A stretch of 64,000 nt of DNA, from assembly GCA_965215275.1 (NCBI GenBank), contig OZ244044.1:64001-128000 (forward strand), read 5' to 3'. This document shows, piece by piece, positions 49,941-60,843 of this stretch. Position numbers and translations under genes: made by a program. This DNA is from Thermodesulfobacteriota bacterium. Its GTDB lineage: Bacteria > Desulfobacterota_D > UBA1144 > Nemesobacterales > JAJCZQ01. The notes under the pieces were generated by a model. It was not told the origin of the DNA, searched no databases, and was given only the letters and a program-made list of their open reading frames with translations. Within the stretch, counting starts at the first letter, position 1; each line of letters begins with the position of its first letter.

Positions 49941-52133
49941 ATGAACAGACTGATCATTGTATCGAACAGATTACCTATCACTGCAAATATTGATAGTGAA
50001 AAAATAAGAATAAATCCAAGTGTCGGGGGATTGACCACGGGTATGAGTTCTTTAAAGACCTGGCGGGAAAGCCTGTGGATCGGGTGGCCTGGGATCGATA
50101 TAACAAAAAGTTCAAAGAAAAACGAAGGCAAATTAAAAAGACTTTTAAAAAAAGATAACTTATATCCGGTATTTCTTACGGACCAGGAGATCGATGATTA
50201 TTACCATGGGTTTTCAAATGAAACTATCTGGCCCCTTTTTCACTACTTTCCTCAATACGCCGTCTATGATAAGAAGTTCTGGAGTTCATACAGGGAAGTA
50301 AACGGGAAGTTCAGCAAAATAGTTTTAGAGACAGCAAGACCGGATGACATTATATGGATACATGATTATCATTTAATGTTATTACCTAAGCTCATAAGAG
50401 AGAAGCTCCCTAAAGTTCAGATCGGTTTCTTTCTGCACATCCCGTTCCCTTCTTCCGAGATATTCAGGCTTTTACCTTGGAGAAATGAAATAATTGAAGG
50501 TTTGCTTGGTTCCGATCTGATAGGCTTTCATACTTTTGACTATGTAAGGCATTTTGCAGAAAGTGTAAGAAGGATAATAGGTATTGAGCACCATCTGGGC
50601 AAGTTTACCGCCGATCAAAGACCTATAAAAACCGATGCGTTCCCAATGGGTATCGATTTTGAGAAGTATTCCAGGGCTCCGCAAAAAGATATAGTGAAAG
50701 AAAAGGTCAGACGTATAAAGAGAATAATAGGCGGTGGTCATACTTTGATCCTGTCCATAGACAGGCTGGACTACACAAAAGGTATCCCCCAGAGGCTGGA
50801 GGCATATAAGCTTTTCTTGGAGAACAATCCTGAATACAGAGAGAAGGTGATCTTTTATCTTATAATCGTTCCGTCAAGAACGGAGGTGCCTCACTATAAG
50901 CAGCTTAAAGAGCAGATAGATAATCTGATCGGCAATATAAACGGACAGTTCGGCACTCTGAGCTGGAACCCTATCAGGTATCTGTACAGATCTTTTGATT
51001 TCGACAACCTTATCGCTCTTTACTCTCTCGCGGATATTTTATTCATAACGCCTTTAAGGGACGGAATGAACCTTGTTGCCAAGGAGTTCGTTGCAGCAAA
51101 GATGGACAGTGCCAAAGGTGTGTTGATATTAGGGGAGATGGCAGGTACGGCGAAAGAGCTCGGTGAGGCAATAGTTATAAATCCCAACGATGTTGAACAG
51201 ACCTCCAGTGCTTTAAAAATGGCGATTGAAATGCCTCATAGCGATCAGAGAACAAGAATGATGGCAATGCAGAAGAGATTAAAGAGATACGATATTACAC
51301 GGTGGGCCGGGGATTTTATGGAAAGCCTTGGTAATATAAAAATTGTAAGGGATAAGATGCATTCGGTTGAGATCTCGATTGATGCGATGAATAAACTGAC
51401 CAGCAGGTATAAGAAAAGAAAAAACTGCCTGTTCTTGCTTGATTATGATGGTTCTCTGGTGGAATTTGATAAAGACCCTTTAAAAACGTCACCTGATGCT
51501 GAGCTGTCGAAGGTACTGAAGCGTCTCTCAAATGATAAAAGGAACGAAGTCGTCGTTATAAGCGGACGAGATAAGGGGATACTGGAAAAATGGCTTGTAA
51601 GTCTGACCAATGGTTTAGCGGCCGAGCACGGGATATGGATCAAGGAAGCAAGGGAAAGATGGAAAACTATCGAGCAGTTATCTACGGATTGGAAAAAAGA
51701 GATAAGGCCCATACTGGAACTTTTCGTTGACAGAACCCCTAATTCTTTTGTAGAGGAGAAAAAATATTCTCTTGCTTGGCATTACAGAAAAGTAGACCCT
51801 GCACTTGCCATAGTAAGGGTGGGAGAACTTAAAGACACTTTGTCACATAAAATGGTCAACATGGAAGTTGGCGTGCTTGAGGGTAATAAGGTGGTTGAAA
51901 TTAAGTTCTCAGGAATTAACAAAGGCAGGGCGGTACTTTTCTGGCTTACAAAGAAAAAATGGGATTTGATAATAGCGATAGGGGACGACTGGACCGATGA
52001 GGATATGTTCGACGTGCTTCCAAGCGATACGTTCTCTATCAAAGTGGGACATGGTGCTTCAAAGGCAAAGTACAGGCTGCCTAATGTGCAGTATGCACGG
52101 GATTTTCTAAATCAGCTTTCGAAGATCAGCTGA
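49941..52133 (+). CDS. Bifunctional trehalose-6-phosphate synthase/phosphatase (OtsA-OtsB fusion)
   Basis: WIHDYHL, FLHIPFP, DRLDYTKG and DGMNLVAKE, followed by HAD motifs DYDGSL and GDDWTDED. Confidence 0.96.
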   Translation: MNRLIIVSNRLPITANIDSEKIRINPSVGGLTTGMSSLKTWRESLWIGWPGIDITKSSKKNEGKLKRLLKKDNLYPVFLTDQEIDDYYHGFSNETIWPLFHYFPQYAVYDKKFWSSYREVNGKFSKIVLETARPDDIIWIHDYHLMLLPKLIREKLPKVQIGFFLHIPFPSSEIFRLLPWRNEIIEGLLGSDLIGFHTFDYVRHFAESVRRIIGIEHHLGKFTADQRPIKTDAFPMGIDFEKYSRAPQKDIVKEKVRRIKRIIGGGHTLILSIDRLDYTKGIPQRLEAYKLFLENNPEYREKVIFYLIIVPSRTEVPHYKQLKEQIDNLIGNINGQFGTLSWNPIRYLYRSFDFDNLIALYSLADILFITPLRDGMNLVAKEFVAAKMDSAKGVLILGEMAGTAKELGEAIVINPNDVEQTSSALKMAIEMPHSDQRTRMMAMQKRLKRYDITRWAGDFMESLGNIKIVRDKMHSVEISIDAMNKLTSRYKKRKNCLFLLDYDGSLVEFDKDPLKTSPDAELSKVLKRLSNDKRNEVVVISGRDKGILEKWLVSLTNGLAAEHGIWIKEARERWKTIEQLSTDWKKEIRPILELFVDRTPNSFVEEKKYSLAWHYRKVDPALAIVRVGELKDTLSHKMVNMEVGVLEGNKVVEIKFSGINKGRAVLFWLTKKKWDLIIAIGDDWTDEDMFDVLPSDTFSIKVGHGASKAKYRLPNVQYARDFLNQLSKIS

Positions 52134-52233
52134 GGAGCGTGACCGGACGGTAAGATCATGTATTGAAACCTGTATACGGGGTCGGGAACTTTTCAGACCT
52201 TTACCACTGCTGAAAAATGAAATGGTCCGGAAA

Positions 52234-52449
52234 TTATCGGTCGTTCAGTAACAGCGGAACGATATCTTTAAGGACGTCCGAGTCTTTCTCACTGATATTT
52301 ACAAGGATACTTTTAATATCGTCCCACAAGACGTCGGGTTTTTTTGTCTCGTTCTTTAACTTTAAAAGCAGTACCTTTAGCTCCTGGTCGGTCAGTCTGT
52401 TTATATACTCGCTAAGAAAACCATTTTTATTTTTTTTATCTTCAGACAT
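52234..52449 (-). CDS. Small hypothetical protein
   Basis: 71-aa ATG ORF filling an intergenic gap. Confidence 0.55.
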   Translation of the reverse strand: MSEDKKNKNGFLSEYINRLTDQELKVLLLKLKNETKKPDVLWDDIKSILVNISEKDSDVLKDIVPLLLNDR

Positions 52450-52477
52450 ATTAGTATAAAATAAAAATAACCGTTAA

Positions 52478-55087
52478 ATGGCAATTAATCAAAGATATAA
52501 AAAGAGTGGTTACAAGGTCCTGAAAATAGCAGGGTGGTTTTCTCTGGTCTGTCTTATAGCGTTGACAACTGCTTCGTACTTTGTTTATAAGCACTATTCA
52601 AGGGATCTGCCTGACTTAAAGGACGTAACCAATTACAGACCAACGCTGGTCAATGAAATATATTCCTCGGATGGTCAGCTCGTGGGCAAGTTCGGTCACA
52701 CGAAGAGAAAGTTGGTTGATATTGATCATATTCCAAGATATCTGGTCAATGCGTTCATTGCCGTTGAGGATAGAAGGTTCTTGGAACATAAGGGACTGGA
52801 CACAAGGGCGGTATTGAGGGCGATCGTTCAGAATTTCAGGCGAGGCAACATCGTGGAAGGCGGCAGCACGATAACTCAGCAGGTCGCTAAAAACCTTATA
52901 CTGACCTCTGAAAGGACCTTCACAAGGAAGATCAAAGAAGCAATACTTTCTTACAGAATTGAAAAAAACCTTTCCAAGGACGAGATCCTGTATCTCTATC
53001 TCAATCATATCTATCTTGCCGGTGGAATATATGGGGTGGAAGCGGCAAGCAACAGCTACTTTGGAAAATCAAGTAAGGATATAAACGTTTCCGAAGCCGC
53101 TTTACTTGCCGGAATACCCAGGAGACCTGAGAAATATTCACCGAGAAAAAATTTGGCGGCATCTTTGGAGCGACAGAAACTGGTCCTGAAGATCATGAAA
53201 CAGGAAGGAGTAATTAACGCCCGTCAGTACGAACAGGGTGTGAATTACCCGATCAGAATTGTTGCAAGTCCTTACAAGAGTTACCAGACGGCACCTTATT
53301 TTGTTGAATATGCAAGAAAGTACCTTGAGAATAAAGTAGGAGAAGAAAAATACACACTCGGGGGATACAAGGTAATTACCACCCTTAATGTGGATTTAAA
53401 TTTAGCTGCTGAATGGGCTGTAAAAAGAGGTCTGTATAATTACGAATCCAGGTGGGATAATAACTTTATAATAGACCACCTCGATTCAGCAGAATCCATA
53501 GAGGAGTATCTAACTGGTCAGCAGGAAGCGGATTATAAAGATGAAACGGTAGTGGACGCCGTGGTGACCAAAGTAAGCAAGTGGAATGGTCCGATCAACG
53601 TTGCAAATGTTTCATTTGCTGATTACACGGGTGAGATCAAGTACGTTGTTTACAACAGGAGAAATAACCCGTCTCCTGAAAGTATAGGATTTAATCTTTC
53701 AGACAAACACTTACCAGCAAGTTCATATAAAGGTATTTACATTATTCCGGAAAAGCTCTCAGTCGGGGATGTGATCAGCGTACAGATCAGCAGTTTTAAT
53801 AATGAAGAATATACCGTAAGCATAGAGCCCAGGTTCCAGAACGAAGCACAGGCTGCTCTCATATCGATTGATAAAAGCGGCAGCATAGTTGCAATGGTCG
53901 GAGGAGTTGATTTCAGATATTCCAAACTTAACAGAGCAACACAGGCACTAAGACAGCCGGGTTCAGCTTTCAAGCCTTTGGTCTATTCTGCCGCTCTTGA
54001 TAAAGGTTATACACAAACTTCCATGTTACTGGACATGCCCGTCACGATAGGCGAATGGGAACCGAAAAATTACGACGATGAATACAGAGGTGAACTGCTG
54101 CTGAAAGAAGCATTACTGAATTCAAGGAACCTGGCGTCTGTAAGGTTAATTATGGACATAGACCCGACTTACGCTGCAGATTACAGCAGACAGTTTAAAT
54201 TTGAATCCAGTCTGAACCCGTACCCGTCGCTGGCACTGGGTGGGTCGGAGGTAACGCTTCTGGAAATGACCCGTGCTTACTCTGTTTTTGCAAATGGAGG
54301 GCAATGGATAGAACCAAGGTTCATTTTGAGAATATATGACAGGAACAATCAGATAATAGAAAATAACACGGGTAAGTATTTCGTCGATAAGAAGGAAATA
54401 TTAAAACGAAACAGGCTAAAGCAGCGAAACAGGCTGTTAAAGGAGTTATATGAAAAAAAGGGCAAGTACCTGCCGGAGAGCCTTGTTTCGGACGAGTTGA
54501 TACAGGAGGAGGAATTTACCAGTTTGGATTATGAAAATATTGATTCAAAGAGTGGTTTTTTAGCGGCCAATGAATTTATTGAGCTATTGAGAAAAAGCAG
54601 TCTGACGTTCGACGCAGTCAATGATACTGAAAAGATAATATCAGAGGACACAGCTTATATAGTTACCAATTTGCTTCAGGCCGTTGTTAAAGAAGGAACG
54701 GCTGTCAGAGCTAACTTCTTGAATTCCAAATCGCCCATTGCGGGTAAAACTGGCACATCCAATGATTTCACGGACGCATGGTTTGTTGGTTACAGTCCGG
54801 AACTGGTAACTGGTGTTTGGGTGGGGAACGATAATCACAGTACTTTGGGAGAAGAGGAGTCCGGAGCAAGGGCTGCGTTGCCAATATGGATAAGTTATAT
54901 GAATTCTGCACTTGATAAGTACAAAGCGGAGAGTTTTAAAGTTCCCGAGGGTATAAAGTTCTTTGAAACACAGTATGGTAAGATACCTTACAGTATCGAA
55001 TCATTAATAGAGGAAACCCCGGATAAGATCAATTCCCAAATAACCGTTCCGCCGAATCTATTGCGATTTATTCCCTCGGAGTCGTAG
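52478..55087 (+). CDS. mrcA: Class A penicillin-binding protein 1A
   Basis: EDRRF, GGSTITQQ and RKIKE; transpeptidase motifs SAFK, SRN and KTG. Confidence 0.93.
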   Translation: MAINQRYKKSGYKVLKIAGWFSLVCLIALTTASYFVYKHYSRDLPDLKDVTNYRPTLVNEIYSSDGQLVGKFGHTKRKLVDIDHIPRYLVNAFIAVEDRRFLEHKGLDTRAVLRAIVQNFRRGNIVEGGSTITQQVAKNLILTSERTFTRKIKEAILSYRIEKNLSKDEILYLYLNHIYLAGGIYGVEAASNSYFGKSSKDINVSEAALLAGIPRRPEKYSPRKNLAASLERQKLVLKIMKQEGVINARQYEQGVNYPIRIVASPYKSYQTAPYFVEYARKYLENKVGEEKYTLGGYKVITTLNVDLNLAAEWAVKRGLYNYESRWDNNFIIDHLDSAESIEEYLTGQQEADYKDETVVDAVVTKVSKWNGPINVANVSFADYTGEIKYVVYNRRNNPSPESIGFNLSDKHLPASSYKGIYIIPEKLSVGDVISVQISSFNNEEYTVSIEPRFQNEAQAALISIDKSGSIVAMVGGVDFRYSKLNRATQALRQPGSAFKPLVYSAALDKGYTQTSMLLDMPVTIGEWEPKNYDDEYRGELLLKEALLNSRNLASVRLIMDIDPTYAADYSRQFKFESSLNPYPSLALGGSEVTLLEMTRAYSVFANGGQWIEPRFILRIYDRNNQIIENNTGKYFVDKKEILKRNRLKQRNRLLKELYEKKGKYLPESLVSDELIQEEEFTSLDYENIDSKSGFLAANEFIELLRKSSLTFDAVNDTEKIISEDTAYIVTNLLQAVVKEGTAVRANFLNSKSPIAGKTGTSNDFTDAWFVGYSPELVTGVWVGNDNHSTLGEEESGARAALPIWISYMNSALDKYKAESFKVPEGIKFFETQYGKIPYSIESLIEETPDKINSQITVPPNLLRFIPSES

Positions 55088-55159
55088 CTTTGATCGTTGA
55101 AAGCCTGTAAACCTGAAAGGTACGATCAGCCACTGCGGGATCGGAAAGCAGCCAAAAGG

Positions 55160-56449
55160 TTACAGTTTATCTTTTATTTTTTCTTCCAGCTGATCTCTGT
55201 ACTCATCTATGTCTATATTGATCCTTGCAGCACCAGTGTCTATTGCAGCCTGTGCAACTGCAACTGATTCCCATACCAGTACCCTGGGATCAAATGGTTT
55301 TGGCACTATGTAATCAGGACCGTATTCAAAGGTCTCTTTACCATAGGCCTTTGTCACACTTGAAGGAACTGGTTCTTTAGCCAGAGATGCAAGGGACCTT
55401 GCGGCAGCAACTTTCATTTCTTCATTTATTTCCTTTGCCCTGACATCAAGTGCACCTCTGAAAATGAACGGAAATCCCAGAACATTATTTACCTGATTAG
55501 GATAATCGGACCTTCCCGTTGCCATAATGATGTCCTTTCTGGCATCTTTAGCGTCTGGGTAGGTGATCTCAGGATCGGGGTTTGCCATAGCAAAGATTAT
55601 TGGATTATCGGCCATGGTCCTTACCATGTCTTTGCTTATTGCTCCACCGTTTGAAAGTCCCACGAACACGTCTGTACCTTTCAAGGCGTCCTCAATGGTC
55701 CTGCACGACGTTTCAGATATAAATCTTTCCTTCTGAGGGTTCAGTCCTTCCTTTCTGCCTTTGTATATAACCCCTCTGCTGTCGCACATGATCATTTTGT
55801 CCCTGTTTGCTCCAAGCAGGATGAAGAACTCGGCACAGGCGATTGCGGATGCACCTGCGCCGTTAAAGGCGAACCTTATATCACCGATGTCCTTGCCCAC
55901 GAGTTCACATGCGTTCAGCAGACCTGCACCGGATATTATTGCAGTTCCGTGCTGATCATCGTGGAATACGGGAATATCCATCTCTTCTTTTAACTTTTCC
56001 TCTATGTAAAAGCATTCGGGTGCTTTTATATCTTCCAGGTTTATACCACCGAAAGTAGGTTCAAGGTACTTAACGGTCTTTATCAGTTCATCAGGATCAG
56101 TGGTGTTTATTTCAATGTCATAGGCGTCCACGTCGGCAAATTTCTTGAACAGGATGCTTTTTCCTTCCATAACGGGTTTTCCCGCGATCGCGCCTATATT
56201 GCCCAGTCCTAATACGGCCGTACCATTTGAAACGACTGCAACTAAATTACCCTTATTTGTATATTCAAATGCTGAATTCTCGTCCTTGCTTATCTCAATG
56301 CACGGTTCTGCCACGCCAGGAGAGTAAGCCAGTGATAAATCCCATGCTGTGTCACAAGGTTTGGTGGGTACGACTTCAAGCTTACCCTTCCTTTCCCTTC
56401 TGTGGTATTCAAGAGCAGCTTGTTTTAGTTCGTTTTGACTATCGCTCAT
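55160..56449 (-). CDS. NAD(P)-dependent malic enzyme (no PTA domain)
   Basis: [20 protein letters not shown] and [13 protein letters not shown] motifs. Confidence 0.95.
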   Translation of the reverse strand: MSDSQNELKQAALEYHRRERKGKLEVVPTKPCDTAWDLSLAYSPGVAEPCIEISKDENSAFEYTNKGNLVAVVSNGTAVLGLGNIGAIAGKPVMEGKSILFKKFADVDAYDIEINTTDPDELIKTVKYLEPTFGGINLEDIKAPECFYIEEKLKEEMDIPVFHDDQHGTAIISGAGLLNACELVGKDIGDIRFAFNGAGASAIACAEFFILLGANRDKMIMCDSRGVIYKGRKEGLNPQKERFISETSCRTIEDALKGTDVFVGLSNGGAISKDMVRTMADNPIIFAMANPDPEITYPDAKDARKDIIMATGRSDYPNQVNNVLGFPFIFRGALDVRAKEINEEMKVAAARSLASLAKEPVPSSVTKAYGKETFEYGPDYIVPKPFDPRVLVWESVAVAQAAIDTGAARINIDIDEYRDQLEEKIKDKL

Positions 56450-56672
56450 AAAAAGGACCTCCGTTAAGATTTGTTACAAGCATTATCTGTAAGTTTGTTT
56501 ATATACTCCACTAATTTTAACTGCAATAATTGTTTTTTCACATTCACGACCGATATTAAAATAAAGGCGTCAGTTTTCCCATTTACGAATTTTAAAGAAA
56601 TTAGTATAAAAACTCTTTGATTAGTAGTCAAATAAGCTGTTTAAAATAAACGTTAATATCAATTCCTTAACT

Positions 56673-57431
56673 TCAGAATCTCTGCCAGAAATTTATTCCA
56701 AATATATCAAGTACTTTCTGCCCGTAAATGTTTAAATAGAAAACTTTATTTGAAAGCATCAGCAGTCCAACCGATACAAGAGTAATTCCTACTACGTATT
56801 TGTAATATATATAGTGCTTTTTGATGAACTTAAATGTAGTCAGGGCTTTGCTGAAGGCGACCCCGGTTATAATGAAGGGAGTTCCGAGACCGAGGGAGTA
56901 GATCAACAGGAGCTGACCTCCTTTTAGTGCACTGGCTTCCGTGCTGGCATAGATCAGTATCGTGGCGAGTATGGGACCGATACAGGGCGTCCATGCAAAG
57001 CCGAATAATGCCCCGAATAAAAAAATACCCAGAAGGCCAAGGGGATCATTTTGAACGTTAATTCTTTTTTCTCCAAGGAGTTGAGGGATCTTTATGATCC
57101 CCGTGGTGAATAATCCAAGCAGTATTATGGTAATACCTGAAATGCTCAGCAGCACTTCCTTGTGCGTTCTCAGGACCTGTCCGATCAGTGAAGCTGAAAC
57201 TCCAAGAGAGACAAAAACAGTGGTGAAACCCAGTCCAAAGAGGACCGTTGGGAACAGTATACCGGTTATTTTGTTCGTTTTTTTGCGGTCTGATGACAGT
57301 TCATCGTACGACAGCTTTGTAACTAAAGAGAGGTAGCCGGGGATCAGAGGCAGTACACAGGGGGACAGAAAAGATATTAACCCTGCTAAAAATGCAGCTA
57401 TTATACTTACTTCGGCAACGGGTGTGTTCAT
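56673..57431 (-). CDS. ccdA: Cytochrome c biogenesis protein CcdA
   Basis: SFLSPCVLPL and WTPCIGP motifs. Confidence 0.94.
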   Translation of the reverse strand: MNTPVAEVSIIAAFLAGLISFLSPCVLPLIPGYLSLVTKLSYDELSSDRKKTNKITGILFPTVLFGLGFTTVFVSLGVSASLIGQVLRTHKEVLLSISGITIILLGLFTTGIIKIPQLLGEKRINVQNDPLGLLGIFLFGALFGFAWTPCIGPILATILIYASTEASALKGGQLLLIYSLGLGTPFIITGVAFSKALTTFKFIKKHYIYYKYVVGITLVSVGLLMLSNKVFYLNIYGQKVLDIFGINFWQRF

Positions 57432-57931
57432 TACAGGATCCCTTCCAGTTTGTTCTTAAATACCTTCTCGTCCGATCTGCCGCGAAAAGGCCCGTACCTT
57501 ATATAGTGTATTTCTCCCTTTCTGTTTATAAAATAAGTTACAGGTAAGGCAAAAATACCGTAAGACGTTGAGACCTCACCACCGGTGTCAGATAAGTTAA
57601 TGTAGCTTATATTGAGCTTTTGTAACGTGTCCAGAGCCTCTTGCTTTTTATCCAGAACGTTTATCCCTACCAGGACCAGTTCACGATCTTTATATTTTTT
57701 CCATGATGATTCAAAAAACGGCATTTCTTCTTTACACGGCGTACACCATGAAGCCCAGAAGTTCAAGATCAGCGGTTTGCCTTTAAAGTTTTCGAGTTCG
57801 TAAGATCTGTCGTTAGTCAGGCTTTTCAATCTGAAGTCCTTCAGGGTATTAGCAGTGGGTCTGCCATCACGGCCGCATGCCACCGTTAGCGAGAGAATTA
57901 ATATACAGAGTATTGATCTTGTTACTTTCAT
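57431..57931 (-). CDS. TlpA family disulfide reductase (lipoprotein)
   Basis: Lipobox TVAC; NFWASWCTPC motif. Confidence 0.92.
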   Translation of the reverse strand: MKVTRSILCILILSLTVACGRDGRPTANTLKDFRLKSLTNDRSYELENFKGKPLILNFWASWCTPCKEEMPFFESSWKKYKDRELVLVGINVLDKKQEALDTLQKLNISYINLSDTGGEVSTSYGIFALPVTYFINRKGEIHYIRYGPFRGRSDEKVFKNKLEGIL

Positions 57932-57944
57932 TTTTGCTGAGCTT

Positions 57945-58580
57945 TTAATCTTGCAGTGGGTATTTTTTAAGCAGTTTCATTACGTTATTATCTATATCAC
58001 TGACGTCGTCAACGTCGTTTAACTTCTTGAGAACTGCACACCTTATGTTCAGAGAATTGATCTTTTTTATCGTTTCGTCAAATACTGAATCAGAGCTCCA
58101 CGGGATATCCTCAAATATATATGGAAAGTTCTTATATCTCAGCCCGATCAGATAATAACCACCATCGTACGTGGGACCGATAACGCAGTCTGAACCTTTA
58201 TCAAGATGAGCAAAAGCCGTTCTTATGATCTTATGGTCCAGTTCAATGCAATCCGAACCTATAACGATGGTATTCTGAAATCCGTTTGAAAAGGAACGGT
58301 CAAAGGAATTAGATATCCTTTCTCCAAGCGTTTTGCCACTTTGTGGAAAATGATCGATCCCGTCTTTGCTGATCCATTTTTTTATAAGGTTTTCTTTGTT
58401 GCGTGGGGTAAAAGCGATCGAGATCTTGAAATTATCCGAGGTAGCTATTTTGTTTATGATGTGATACACGAGCGAAGAGTACAGGTTTGCCGCTTTTTCA
58501 TCGCCGATTACCCTGGCAATCCTGGTTTTTACCTTTCCGGGATCGGGGTATTTAACAAAAACTATCAGATTGTTGTCCAT
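57945..58580 (-). CDS. DUF2064/TIGR04282-type glycosyltransferase-like protein
   Basis: GKVKTR, LGER, IGSDC, GPTYDGGYYLIG and DVD motifs. Confidence 0.88.
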   Translation of the reverse strand: MDNNLIVFVKYPDPGKVKTRIARVIGDEKAANLYSSLVYHIINKIATSDNFKISIAFTPRNKENLIKKWISKDGIDHFPQSGKTLGERISNSFDRSFSNGFQNTIVIGSDCIELDHKIIRTAFAHLDKGSDCVIGPTYDGGYYLIGLRYKNFPYIFEDIPWSSDSVFDETIKKINSLNIRCAVLKKLNDVDDVSDIDNNVMKLLKKYPLQD

Positions 58581-58588
58581 CTGATACT

Positions 58589-59590
58589 TCAGGTGATAGA
58601 ACCACCACAGCTGCTTCCCGGTCCTGCGGTACAGCCAAAGCAGTGTGAGGCGAATTTGATCTTTCTCTTTAAGAACTTGTTCAGGTCTAAGTTATATATA
58701 GTTAGGGGCTGATCTCCTGCGTGAGTCTGCATATTGAGCATCTGGTTAAAATCACAGTCGTATACTTTCCCGTCATAACCTACGCTTATCATGTTCCTGC
58801 ACATGATGCCTTCGGCGGCAACGGGATTGAACGCATCCATCAGTTTATTCATATAATCTTCATAGGCTCCGAGCGTCTGGAGTTGATCTTTGAACCTGTT
58901 TATCGGCATATTGACGATCGTAAACAGATTATTGAACTTTATACCGTATTTACTTTCAAGCTCTCTTCTGAAATCTTTTTCAAGATCGTTTTGATCGGCT
59001 GGTAAAAATGCTCCTACCGGGTTATAAACAAAATTCAGGACCAGACCCGTCTTCTCGACCCCATAACCCAGTTTGTTGAGCATGGAGATGGATTCTATGC
59101 TTTTTTCAAATACCCCTTTACCTCTCTGTTTATCTGTAAAATACTCCTGATAGTAAGGAAGCGAGGCAATTACCTCAACTCTGTTCTCAGCGAAGAATTC
59201 AGGGATGTAGGCCTTGTTCTCCCCTGTCACGGGATTACCATCTATGGTTACTGTAAGGTTGTGGCGCACCATAACGTGCTTGTTCAGCTTTCTGGCTTCA
59301 GTAACAAAATAGTCAAAGTGCGGGTTCAGTTCCGGTGCTCCCCCCGTGAGGTCAAGGTTTTTTATACATTCGTTGTTCTTCAGAACCTGCAGACATTTAT
59401 TGACTGATCCAATGCTGATCTGTTCCGTTCTCTTAGGTGATGAGTCAACGTGGCAGTGAACACAGGCCTGATTACACAGCTTTGTAACGTTAACCTGAAG
59501 AGTGGTTACAGAGAGAGGTGAGAGGTCGAGGGAACCGTTCTTAATAAATCTGTGGAAATCATACTTGCTGTCTCTAAGATGTTCTGACAT
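58589..59590 (-). CDS. arsS: ArsS-family radical SAM protein (arsenosugar biosynthesis-associated)
   Basis: CNQACVHCHV, DLTGGAPE, YDCDFNQ and HCFGCTAGPGSSCGG motifs. Confidence 0.9.
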   Translation of the reverse strand: MSEHLRDSKYDFHRFIKNGSLDLSPLSVTTLQVNVTKLCNQACVHCHVDSSPKRTEQISIGSVNKCLQVLKNNECIKNLDLTGGAPELNPHFDYFVTEARKLNKHVMVRHNLTVTIDGNPVTGENKAYIPEFFAENRVEVIASLPYYQEYFTDKQRGKGVFEKSIESISMLNKLGYGVEKTGLVLNFVYNPVGAFLPADQNDLEKDFRRELESKYGIKFNNLFTIVNMPINRFKDQLQTLGAYEDYMNKLMDAFNPVAAEGIMCRNMISVGYDGKVYDCDFNQMLNMQTHAGDQPLTIYNLDLNKFLKRKIKFASHCFGCTAGPGSSCGGSIT

Positions 59591-59608
59591 AGGTCTGGTC
59601 TGTTTTAT

Positions 59609-59944
59609 TTATAAAGCCCCGTGCTTTTTCATAGTGTTGTGCATCTGGACGGCATGTATCAGTTTGATGCCGGCTTCAAGTGACGCTGCCACGTGAACCG
59701 CCTCGGTCATCTGCTCGGGATTTGCTCCTGATTCCAGGCACTGGGTCGTATATGCATCAATGCAGTAGGGGCACTGGCGAGAATGTGATATTGCCAGGGC
59801 GATCAAGGCCTTTTCCCTCCTGGTCAATGCTCCATCCGTGTTGATTGACGCGTTGTAATACTCAAAGAACTTATCCATGAGCTCTTTACTGAATCCGCCT
59901 ATTTCTGAAAATCTTTTAAGGTCGTCCGAATCGTAATAGTTCAT
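59609..59944 (-). CDS. CMD/AhpD-family peroxidase-like protein associated with arsS
   Basis: GALTRREKALIALA, QCPYCIDAY and EAVHVAA motifs. Confidence 0.9.
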   Translation of the reverse strand: MNYYDSDDLKRFSEIGGFSKELMDKFFEYYNASINTDGALTRREKALIALAISHSRQCPYCIDAYTTQCLESGANPEQMTEAVHVAASLEAGIKLIHAVQMHNTMKKHGAL

Positions 59945-60076
59945 TGTTTTTTCCCTGCTGCTGAGATCCTCCAGATCCTGTTATGAAAAGGAGGTATTAC
60001 CTCAATGACATTTTCTGAATATAATATCTTTATTCGTTTATCAATTCAATTGAAAAGGAGTCGATCAAGGCAGGTC

Positions 60077-60757
60077 ATGCTGAAGGCAATTATATTTGAT
60101 TTTGACGGCGTTATAGCTGATACGGAACCGGTACATCTTGAAGCGTTTAAGAGTATACTCAAAGATATTGATATATCCCTGTCTGATGAAGATTATTATA
60201 ACAAGTACCTGGCTTATGATGACAGAACGTTGTTCACGGAAGTTTTAAAGCTCTCTGACAGGGGTTCTGACGATGTTTTAATACAGGACCTAATTCACAG
60301 GAAAAAAGACCTTGTAACCCGCGTGTTCAATGAACGGGTCGTCCTTTTTCCAGGTTTTTTAAGCTATTTAGAGAAAATAAAGGGCAGATACCTTCTTGCT
60401 GTTGGTTCAGGGGCGTTGAAGTCCGAGATCACACTGGTTCTGGAAAAGTTTGGTATAGAAGGGGACTTTCACGTTATAACTGCTGCCGATAACGTTGTTA
60501 ACTGCAAGCCGGACCCTGAAGTATTTCTGACCTGTTTAAGATCCCTGAATAAAATAAGCCAGGGCGGTATTTTACCGGAGGAATGCCTGGTATTTGAAGA
60601 TTCAATATCCGGAATAAAGGCCGCAAGATCGGCAGATATGAAATGTGTTGCAATCAGCAACAGTTATGATGAAAGACTTCTATGTGAAGCGGACGTTGTC
60701 GTAAGCGGCTTTGAAGAGTTGAACATGAGAGATATAGAGGTTCTTTTTGATCGATAG
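60077..60757 (+). CDS. HAD-superfamily phosphatase
   Basis: FDFDGVIADT, KPDP and FEDS motifs; start set to ATG 60077. Confidence 0.92.
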   Translation: MLKAIIFDFDGVIADTEPVHLEAFKSILKDIDISLSDEDYYNKYLAYDDRTLFTEVLKLSDRGSDDVLIQDLIHRKKDLVTRVFNERVVLFPGFLSYLEKIKGRYLLAVGSGALKSEITLVLEKFGIEGDFHVITAADNVVNCKPDPEVFLTCLRSLNKISQGGILPEECLVFEDSISGIKAARSADMKCVAISNSYDERLLCEADVVVSGFEELNMRDIEVLFDR

Positions 60758-60843
60758 TCAGTTAAGATGAAAAGTTCTCGTTTTACAAGTAGGTTATGTA
60801 AAATATTTTTAAAACCAAACCACAAGGCAGATACTCGGTCGTT

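Noticed and set aside
54360..54630. Intein in PBP1A (charged insert in the transpeptidase domain)
   Set aside because: About 85 aa with no intein terminal motifs; variable inserts here are common in PBP1A
58589..58640. Selenocysteine in the ArsS C-terminus
   Set aside because: The SSCGG position is a TGT Cys codon; the TGA follows the complete motif
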